From NCBI GenBank assembly GCA_964499855.1, contig CAZCPU010000002.1, positions 1 through 51,882 on the forward strand: a stretch of DNA of 51,882 nucleotides. The letters run 5' to 3'. Position 1 is the stretch's first letter, and each line of letters begins with the position of its first letter. This document shows, piece after piece, positions 46,076-51,882 of this stretch. Both the position numbers and the translations under genes were made by a program. The notes under the pieces were generated by a model that was not told where the DNA came from, did no database searches, and saw only the letters and a list, made by a program, of their open reading frames with translations. The DNA is from an uncultured Dehalococcoidia bacterium. Lineage in GTDB: Bacteria > Chloroflexota > Dehalococcoidia > Lucifugimonadales > UBA1127.

Positions 46076-46335
46076 TGCGTCCTCCCGTAAAGCAAATCTG
46101 AGTCATCGGCTGCGGATGCCGCAGAACGCCGCTTGCGGAAGGCTGTCGGAAGACTGCCGGGGCAAGGGCCCTGCAATGAAAGCTGATTTCACAACGGCCT
46201 GCAAGGCATACATCTGTGTCACCGGGCGGGGGGCGCCCCCACGCGGAGGGTGCGGCGAACCCAATCAGGTAGACTGTGCGCAGCATCCGTATTCTGCCGC
46301 TCCCTTTGGGCGCAGGGTGCGGTCAGGAGGGCGGT

Positions 46336-46506
46336 TTGCACAGGCAACTGGAATTGGCGGGGTGGTTGCTGTGGCTGGTTGGCGTCGGGTTCTTCACCGT
46401 GTCGGGGCTGCGCAGCGGCGATGTGTGGACGGTCATCGGCTCCGTGCTGTTCGGGATTGGAATCGTGTGCTTGCTGATTCCGATGATGCGTCGGAAGGGC
46501 GGATAG
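46336..46506 (+). CDS. Small two-TM membrane protein (56 aa)
   Basis: (M)HRQLELAGWLLWLVGVGFFTVSGLRSGDVWTVIGSVLFGIGIVCLLIPMMRRKGG. The TTG at 46336 lies 5 nt after AGGAGG. The ORF track start is GTG 46276. Confidence 0.45.
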   Translation: MHRQLELAGWLLWLVGVGFFTVSGLRSGDVWTVIGSVLFGIGIVCLLIPMMRRKGG

Positions 46507-46512
46507 CGGTCG

Positions 46513-47139
46513 CTACGCTCGCTCTTCCAACTCCGCTTGCGCGGCGGCCAGGTCCTCGGGCGTGTCCATGTCTCGGAACGAGCGCTCTCCAGGGTCGAGC
46601 CCGTGCACCTCATCCACGGTGAGCAGGTCCACCTTCATAGACGTCGTGAGGTCGCGCATGGCGGCGCGGCCGCCCTCGAGCAGCGCGGCGATGGTGGGCG
46701 CGAGGACAGTGGGGTAGACGCCGGGCATGGGTTGCGGACCGTCGGCCGTCTCGGGGAGCACCTGGGCGTCCGGGCGACGGCGCTCGATTAGGGCCTCGAA
46801 GAGCGCGGTCGACAGGAAGGGGGCGTCGCAGGCGACGGCGAGGGCGTAGGACGTAGGGCATGCGAGGAGGCCGCTGTATAGGCCCATGAGGGGGCCGCGG
46901 CCGGGCTCGGCGTCGGGGACGGTCTGCAGGCCGAGGAAGGACATGGACTCGGCGTCATTGGTGACGATGAGGACGCCGGCGACGAGGGGATCGACTGCGG
47001 CGACCACATGCTCGATGAGGGTGCGGCCGCCGAGCCGCAGGAGGGGCTTGGGCGCGCCCATTGCTCGGTTGCCTTCGCGCATCCGGCGGCCCGCTCCACC
47101 CGCAAGGATGATTGCGGTTACGTCAAAGTGGCGGGGCAC
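46513..47139 (-). CDS. mobA: MobA/MocA-family molybdenum cofactor nucleotidyltransferase
   Basis: TAIILAGGAGRRM...KPLLRLGGRTLIEHVV...GPLMGLYSGL fits the NTP_transf_3 family. The GTG at 47139 lies 2 nt after the upstream stop, with GGAG 7 nt upstream; an alternative ATG is at 47169. The Arg/Pro-rich 150 aa further upstream in the 370-aa ORF is an out-of-frame read of the neighbouring gene. Confidence 0.85.
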   Translation of the reverse strand: MPRHFDVTAIILAGGAGRRMREGNRAMGAPKPLLRLGGRTLIEHVVAAVDPLVAGVLIVTNDAESMSFLGLQTVPDAEPGRGPLMGLYSGLLACPTSYALAVACDAPFLSTALFEALIERRRPDAQVLPETADGPQPMPGVYPTVLAPTIAALLEGGRAAMRDLTTSMKVDLLTVDEVHGLDPGERSFRDMDTPEDLAAAQAELEERA

Positions 47140-47141
47140 GG

Positions 47142-48008
47142 CTAGGCTCCGTTGGTCTGAGGCCTCCATGTGACGATGGCGGTCCGTCGTGGCTTGACAC
47201 CACGTACGATGATGCCCGCATCCGTGTGCTCGAGCAGCTCGTCGGCGGCGGCGCGGAGGCGCTCGTCGGCCTCGGTGCCGTGCTCGACGCCAAGCCGGCG
47301 ACGGAGCTGGTCGAGGGCCTCGCCGCCATCGTTGTCGAGCACGGAGGGCTCGGCGGCGAGCATCGAGACGTCGGGGTAGATGTCGAGAGCCCAGAGGAGA
47401 CTGAGGACATCGGGCAGGCCTGGGAGGGGCGTTGGGGCTGAGCCGTGGACGCGCTCGTAGAAGGGGATCTCCAGCGCGCCGGGGGTCTCCATCATCTCGA
47501 CGACGGCGACGCGGCCGGCGGCGTGGCGCTGCAGCTTGGCGACGAAAGGGGCAGCGTCCGCTACGTGGTGGAGGACGAGGGAGCAGAGCACCATGTCGGC
47601 GGAGGGGGCTTCGGCGTCCTCCCAAGACTCGTTGATGACGGTGATATTCGACAGACCGGCATCGGCGGCGCGAGACTGCAGCGTCTCGCAGGAATCGGCG
47701 GAGGGCTCCACGACGGTGACGTGCGCGGCGCGGGTGGCCAGGGGAAGGGCGAAGCGGCCAGCGCCCCCGCCGACGTCGAGGACTGTGGCGCCGTCGGTGA
47801 GGGAGGCGTGCAGGGCATTCAGGACGGGGTCATCGGTACGGTAAACATCAAGGGGGCGGTTGGAGTAGGTGAAGCCGCCGCGGCCGCCGGGGACGTGACC
47901 GTGGCCTCCGTGGCCATGGCCGTGACCGCTGTGGCCGCCGCGAAGGGCGGAAGCTTCGCGCTCGTGGGCAAGGAGTCTCTCTCGCCAGGCGTCGATGACC
48001 GAGTCCAT
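47142..48008 (-). CDS. Class I SAM-dependent methyltransferase with an N-terminal His-Gly run
   Basis: SAM motif I VLDVGGGAGRFALPLA. The ATG at 48008 has GAAGGAG 6 nt upstream. Residues 24-42 are GGHSGHGHGHGGHGHVPGG. Confidence 0.85.
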   Translation of the reverse strand: MDSVIDAWRERLLAHEREASALRGGHSGHGHGHGGHGHVPGGRGGFTYSNRPLDVYRTDDPVLNALHASLTDGATVLDVGGGAGRFALPLATRAAHVTVVEPSADSCETLQSRAADAGLSNITVINESWEDAEAPSADMVLCSLVLHHVADAAPFVAKLQRHAAGRVAVVEMMETPGALEIPFYERVHGSAPTPLPGLPDVLSLLWALDIYPDVSMLAAEPSVLDNDGGEALDQLRRRLGVEHGTEADERLRAAADELLEHTDAGIIVRGVKPRRTAIVTWRPQTNGA

Positions 48009-48041
48009 GTTGGTGCTCCTTCTCGTGGATTGCTTCCGGAG

Positions 48042-48071
48042 ATTGTAGAGGTAAAGGCGGGGGATGCACAA
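48042..48071 (-). promoter_or_regulatory. Candidate promoter for the methyltransferase-mobA pair
   Basis: Minus strand reads TTGTGC, an 18-nt spacer, then TACAAT (48047-48042). The leader is ~27 nt. Confidence 0.45.
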
Positions 48072-48152
48072 ACGGGTGCGGACGGAGCGGTTATGGCGCG
48101 CGAATGAGGGATGGGCTATGATTCCCGAAAACGGGGTATGTGGAGGTTTGGT

Positions 48153-48719
48153 ATGGCTGAATACTCTATGGACGCATTCATCGAGGACGTGCGGAAGGTC
48201 TTTGCGGAGACCGATGACGCCAAGGCGCAGGCGCAGGCGGTGTGCGGGCACATGACGAAGCTGCTGCAGGTGCCAAACCTACTCGACGGAAAACTGGAGA
48301 TCCCGGAGACGGGCACCGCAACGGCGAGCCTCTACCAGGACGAGGACTACGGTCACCCGGCCCCGGGCTTCTGGCTGATGTGCAACGCACAGACCCCGAG
48401 CGGCGCCACAGCCGGCGTAACCCCGCATGACCACGGCGCATCGTGGGTGGTGTACGGGGTGTACGAGGGAGCGATCCAACAGTCGACGTGGCGGTGGGGC
48501 TTCCACGAGCCGGACCGCACCGTCCCGCACTTCGAGCAGTCGGCGGAATGGGTGCAGAACCAGGGCGAGGTGGCCTACTTCCTGCCCGGCGTCATCCACG
48601 CGCAGAAGAACGTGTTCGACGGGACGTCGGTTGTCGTGCGGCTGGAGGGGCAGAAGCTGACCGGCGTGATCCGGCACCGCTACGACGCAGAGACCGGCGC
48701 GGCCACACTGTACGGGTAG
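48153..48719 (+). CDS. Cysteine-dioxygenase-type (CDO_I / COG5553) cupin; putative thiol dioxygenase
   Basis: TPHDHGASWVVYGVYEG resembles the CDO H-x-H block, and FLPGVIHAQKN supplies a third His. The ATG at 48153 has GGAGG 8 nt upstream; the ORF track start is 48111. Confidence 0.7.
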   Translation: MAEYSMDAFIEDVRKVFAETDDAKAQAQAVCGHMTKLLQVPNLLDGKLEIPETGTATASLYQDEDYGHPAPGFWLMCNAQTPSGATAGVTPHDHGASWVVYGVYEGAIQQSTWRWGFHEPDRTVPHFEQSAEWVQNQGEVAYFLPGVIHAQKNVFDGTSVVVRLEGQKLTGVIRHRYDAETGAATLYG

Positions 48720-48743
48720 ACACGAGCAGGCGAGAGCGTAGGC

Positions 48744-50018
48744 GTGAACGAAGGCGATCCCACACCCGTGGCGCGGCGCGGGGACGGCGAGCCGCTCTGG
48801 GAGTTCGCAAGCGCGCACGGGATCGACCGCCGCCAATTCCTGCGACTGATGCTGGCAGGGGGCGCCGCGGCGGTGCTCGCCGCTTGCGTCGGGACGGAGA
48901 CGTCCTCCAGCCGCCCCGATGCCTCTTCGACGCTGCCGGCCGCCGAGCCGGCCTCGGACTACCCTTTCTTCAAGGACCCAGCACCGTTCATCATGCGCGA
49001 CGACAAGGGACTGGAGGCGCGCATGGAGAACATGCAGGGCCTCATCACGCCCAACAACCACTTCTTCGTCCGCAACAACGCGCCCTCGAGCCTCGACCTG
49101 GACGCCTCGGACTGGCGACTGGTCGTCGAGGGCGACGGGGTGTCCGTACCGACCAAGCTGACGTACGACGAGGTCCGCAGCCTACCGAGCCACACGCTAA
49201 TCTCGTACCTGGAGTGTGCGGGGAACCACCGTGCGATGTTCGGCATCCTCAAGGGGCGGGAATCGTCCGGGACGCAGTGGATGACAGGGGCCGTCGGGAA
49301 CGGCGAGTGGGTCGGAGCGCGGCTCTCGGACGTGCTGACGCTGGCGGGCATCAGGGACGACGCGGTTAGCGTGATGCTCGTCGGGCTGGACACGGAGGCG
49401 CCGGAGGGGGGCTTCCGGTTCGTGCTGCCGGTCGAGAAGGCGATGGACCCCGACACACTGCTGGCGTACTCGCTCAACGGAGAGGCGCTGCCGAGAGACC
49501 ACGGCTTCCCCGTGCGCGCCGTTGTGCCGGGATGGGTGGGCAGCTCGCACATCAAGTGGCTCGGACGCATACTCGTGTCCTCAGAACAGCTCTGGACGCG
49601 GAACAACACGACGTCATACACGCTCATCGGCGACGCGTACCCGCCGGTGGGAGAGTCGGAAGGGCAACCGGTGACGGAACAGGCGATCAAGAGCGCGCTC
49701 GCGTTGCCGTGGCCGGCGGAGCTGGCGGCGGGGCGGCGACGCATCCACGGGTACGCACACTCGCCGGCGGGGCCGATCACCCGCGTCGAGTGGAGCGTCG
49801 ACGGCGGGGCGACGTGGGCCGAGGCGACGGTGTCGGCGACGCAGCCGGACTACTCGTGGGCGCGGTTCGAGTTCGCGTGGGACGCACCGCCGGGGGAGTG
49901 GACGGTGATGACGCGGGCGACGGACGCCTCGGGAGACACGCAGCCAGAGACGGTGCCGTTCAACGAGAAGGGGTACCTGTTCAACCAGCCCGTGCCGCAC
50001 CCGGTGCGGGTGCGGTAG
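48744..50018 (+). CDS. Sulfite-oxidase-family molybdopterin oxidoreductase with a Tat signal
   Basis: Twin-arginine signal IDRRQFLRLMLAGGAAAVLAAC, Mo-ligand cysteine block YLECAGNHR and a C-terminal dimerisation domain (VEWSVDGGATWAEATV). GTG start. Confidence 0.85.
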   Translation: MNEGDPTPVARRGDGEPLWEFASAHGIDRRQFLRLMLAGGAAAVLAACVGTETSSSRPDASSTLPAAEPASDYPFFKDPAPFIMRDDKGLEARMENMQGLITPNNHFFVRNNAPSSLDLDASDWRLVVEGDGVSVPTKLTYDEVRSLPSHTLISYLECAGNHRAMFGILKGRESSGTQWMTGAVGNGEWVGARLSDVLTLAGIRDDAVSVMLVGLDTEAPEGGFRFVLPVEKAMDPDTLLAYSLNGEALPRDHGFPVRAVVPGWVGSSHIKWLGRILVSSEQLWTRNNTTSYTLIGDAYPPVGESEGQPVTEQAIKSALALPWPAELAAGRRRIHGYAHSPAGPITRVEWSVDGGATWAEATVSATQPDYSWARFEFAWDAPPGEWTVMTRATDASGDTQPETVPFNEKGYLFNQPVPHPVRVR

Positions 50019-50113
50019 GGAATGTGGCGGCACCGAGATTCCAGAGCGCCCAGGACATTCCCCACCCCAATGCACACAATTCACATCATGCCGGTGGTGT
50101 GAGCTCGACATTG

Positions 50114-50122
50114 TGGCATAAT
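50114..50122 (+). promoter_or_regulatory. Possible extended -10 promoter element upstream of the second Rieske oxygenase
   Basis: TGgCATAAT sits in an AT-richer intergenic stretch. No convincing -35 is present. Confidence 0.3.
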
Positions 50123-50186
50123 GAGGCGAAATTCTGAGACCGCCAGGGTCCGTTGCAATCGGGCAGGGGCGGCTTAGGAGGGGACG

Positions 50187-51497
50187 ATGCTTTCACAACG
50201 AGACAACGAGACGCTTTGCCGAGTGGGGCCGGGGACGCCGATGGGCGAGCTGTTCCGGCGGTTCTGGCTGCCGGCGCTGCTGTCGTCGGAGCTACCGGAG
50301 CCGGACTGCGCACCCGTGCGGCTGAGGCTGCTCGGGGAGAACCTGGTCGCGTTCCGGGACAGCGAGGGCCGGGTGGGGGTCGTCGACAACTTCTGCCCGC
50401 ACCGGCGCGCGAGCCTGTTCTTCGGTAGGAACGAGGAGGGCGGGCTGCGGTGCGTGTACCACGGGTGGAAGTTCGACGTGAACGGGGACTGCGTCGACAT
50501 GCCGTCGGAGCCTGCGGAGAGCAACTTCAAGGACAAGGTGAAGATCCGGTCGTACGCGGCGGAGGACTTTGGCGACGTAATCTGGATCTACATGGGGCCG
50601 CCGGAGCTGAAGCAGCCGCTGCCGCAGTTCGAGTGGGCGCGGGTGCCGTCGAACCAGCGGCGGGTGCAACGGTGGATCCAGGACTGCAACTACATGCAGG
50701 CGCTGGAGGGCGACCTGGACTCGACGCACGTGTCCTTCCTGCACCGATGGATGGACCCGGACCAAGCGACGCCGTGGGACCCGGAGCAGCGGCAGCGACG
50801 GCGCACGACGGCCGGCGGGCAGGCGCTCCTGTACCGGGAGGGCGCGCCCCGGTTCTCGGTGAAAGAGACGGACTTCGGGATGGTGTACGGCGCGCGTCGG
50901 CCGGCGGGAGAGGACCAGTACTACTGGCGGGTCACCAACTACTTCATGCCCGTCTACACGATGCCGCCCCAGCCGACGAGCTGGTTCGGGCACGCTTGGG
51001 TGCCGGTGGACGATACACACATGTCCTGCCTCGCGTTCGCGTGGAACCCCAACGAGCCGCTGAACCAGCCAACGGGCAGCACGACGGGGAACATCCAGCT
51101 GGAGCGGGTGGCGATGCCCTTCGAGGACGGCTTCATCATCGACACGTGGCGGGACCAGCGGCAGGCCACCAACGACTACGGCATCGACCGGCAGCTGCAG
51201 AAGACGGGGAACTACACAGGCATCGGGCCGCAGCGGACGCAGGACGTCATGGTCAACGAGACGCAGGGCGGCATGTCGGACCGGACGAAGGAGCACCTGG
51301 GGACGACGGACCTGGCGATCATCGCGGCGCGGCGGATGCTGCTGCGGATGGCGCGGGAGCTCCAGGAGGGCGTCGAGCCAACTGCGGCGCAGCAAGGCGA
51401 CCTGTACCACGTGCGGGCCATCGACGTCGTGACGGAGGAGTCGACGCTGCCGGGGGTGCTTGAGAAGCACGTGGACATCGCGACGGCGACGGTGTAG
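50187..51497 (+). CDS. Rieske [2Fe-2S] non-heme-iron oxygenase, paralog of 40911-42173
   Basis: CPHRRASLFFGRNEEGGLRCVYHGW and DSTHVSFLH. Long collinear similarity to the first copy, e.g. the shared DMPSEP.ESNFKDKVK. TAGGAGGGG SD. Confidence 0.9.
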   Translation: MLSQRDNETLCRVGPGTPMGELFRRFWLPALLSSELPEPDCAPVRLRLLGENLVAFRDSEGRVGVVDNFCPHRRASLFFGRNEEGGLRCVYHGWKFDVNGDCVDMPSEPAESNFKDKVKIRSYAAEDFGDVIWIYMGPPELKQPLPQFEWARVPSNQRRVQRWIQDCNYMQALEGDLDSTHVSFLHRWMDPDQATPWDPEQRQRRRTTAGGQALLYREGAPRFSVKETDFGMVYGARRPAGEDQYYWRVTNYFMPVYTMPPQPTSWFGHAWVPVDDTHMSCLAFAWNPNEPLNQPTGSTTGNIQLERVAMPFEDGFIIDTWRDQRQATNDYGIDRQLQKTGNYTGIGPQRTQDVMVNETQGGMSDRTKEHLGTTDLAIIAARRMLLRMARELQEGVEPTAAQQGDLYHVRAIDVVTEESTLPGVLEKHVDIATATV

Positions 51498-51522
51498 GGA
51501 GGCTACATAGCGGTTGACAGGG

Positions 51523-51567
51523 CCGCCCCGCTTGTCCTCTGGGACGGGCGGGGCGGTTTCTCTATTT
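51523..51567. terminator. Strong intrinsic terminator shared by convergent genes
   Basis: 15-bp stem CCGCCCCGCTTGTCC / GGACGGGCGGGGCGG (two G-U pairs) with loop TCTG, followed by TTTCTCTATTT. It lies 26 nt after the stop at 51497 and overlaps the stop of the minus-strand gene. Confidence 0.85.
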
Positions 51568-51882
51568 CAGGGCGTAGACGCCCTCTCCGGTGGTGACGCG
51601 GTTCTCTGACAGGAGCTTGTCGAGGTGGCTCTGGACTTGCTCTGCGGCTATGGCGAGACGGGCCTCCGGGATGTCGGTGTAGAGGGCGTCACGGATCTGG
51701 AGGACCGTGCTGGGGCCGAGGGCGAGCTGGGAGAGGACCTGCTCCTCGCGCTGGCGGCGGTGCTCTATGAGCTCCTCCATCCTCGCGACGGGGTCGATTA
51801 CGGGGCCGCCGTGGCCGGGGTAGATGACGCGGGGATCGAGCTCGCGGAGGGCGGCGACGGACTGGACGTAGAGGCGGAGGTC
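51562..51882 (-). CDS. MBL-fold metallo-hydrolase, C-terminal part; the 5' end is outside the window
   Basis: The frame stays open to the window edge: DLRLYVQSVAALRELDPRVIYPGHGGPVIDPVARMEELIEHRRQREEQVL.... The YPGHG metal-ligand block and a C-terminal winged-helix-like tail are as in LACTB2-type enzymes. Confidence 0.7.
   Translation of the reverse strand, partial: DLRLYVQSVAALRELDPRVIYPGHGGPVIDPVARMEELIEHRRQREEQVLSQLALGPSTVLQIRDALYTDIPEARLAIAAEQVQSHLDKLLSENRVTTGEGVYALK

Noticed and set aside
44732-46090. A 452-aa plus-strand ORF lies opposite the 846-aa secreted-protein gene.
   Set aside because: It is antisense to the ORF that carries internally repeated, selection-consistent domains and a good SD and signal sequence. 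The plus-frame product is Arg/Gly-rich noise.
46229-46240. A perfect 12-bp GC palindrome, GGGGGCGCCCCC, in the intergenic region upstream of the 846-aa gene. Nearby are the short palindromes CTGCGG-at-CCGCAG and CCGC-tt-GCGG.
   Set aside because: Short GC palindromes arise easily in high-GC DNA. There is no second copy, no positional link to a promoter, and nothing to test without comparative data.
47170-47625. The ORF track adds an Arg/Pro-rich 152-aa N-terminal extension to mobA (370-aa ORF).
   Set aside because: This stretch is the methyltransferase gene read in another frame. MobA homology starts only at ...TAIILAGG, and an SD-supported GTG or ATG lies at 47139 or 47169.
48009-48251. The ORF track adds an 81-aa N-terminal extension to the methyltransferase (369-aa ORF).
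   Set aside because: The extension runs through the divergent promoter region and into the neighbouring cupin gene. The ATG at 48008 has a GAAGGAG SD and a TACAAT promoter just upstream.
50292-51470. A 392-aa minus-strand ORF and a 337-aa plus-strand alternate-frame ORF (50450-51463) overlap the second Rieske oxygenase.
   Set aside because: Only the 50187-51497 frame contains the Rieske and iron motifs and matches the paralog at 40911. The others are Arg/Pro/Gly-rich artefacts.

Overview
This is a 51.9-kb high-GC (about 60-65% by eye) bacterial chromosomal segment that is almost fully coding. No transposase, integrase, CRISPR array or rRNA gene is visible.

Left 29 kb, all on the minus strand:
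- A complete F1Fo ATP synthase operon in the order atpZ, atpB, an unlisted 33-aa membrane ORF, atpE, F, H, A, G, D, C. atpC runs off the left edge.
- A DUF151 bifunctional-nuclease gene with a near-consensus promoter.
- A ~21-kb co-directional translation cluster: rpsL-rpsG-fusA (no tuf), the S10/spc/alpha operon genes, truA, rplM and rpsI. It includes rpmJ, which the 60-aa ORF track misses.
- Several proteins carry atypical extensions. The most striking is S17, with a ~205-aa polyacidic tail.

Right 22 kb, mixed strands:
- otsA-otsB and tRNA-Gln(UUG).
- A three-gene cobalt-type nitrile hydratase / thiocyanate hydrolase-like operon with a split beta subunit, a His-rich alpha N-terminus and no activator gene.
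- An unknown protein made of two 131-aa tandem copies.
- A 525-bp structured non-coding gap, then ahcY.
- An aromatic-catabolism-like group: class III aminotransferase, gentisate-dioxygenase-like bicupin, lipoprotein, Rieske oxygenase and amidohydrolase_2.
- An 846-aa secreted protein with PPC-like repeats.
- A divergent sulfur/molybdenum cluster: a methyltransferase with a His-Gly run plus mobA on one side, and a CDO-like cupin plus a Tat-exported sulfite-oxidase-family enzyme on the other.
- A second Rieske oxygenase paralog and a partial MBL-fold hydrolase.

Most long alternate-frame and antisense ORFs in the track are high-GC artefacts. Taxon cannot be determined from the sequence; zinc-form ribosomal proteins and strong GGAGG Shine-Dalgarno (SD) usage are compatible with a Terrabacteria-type lineage such as Chloroflexota. 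All homology calls come from reading motifs by eye. No database search was run.
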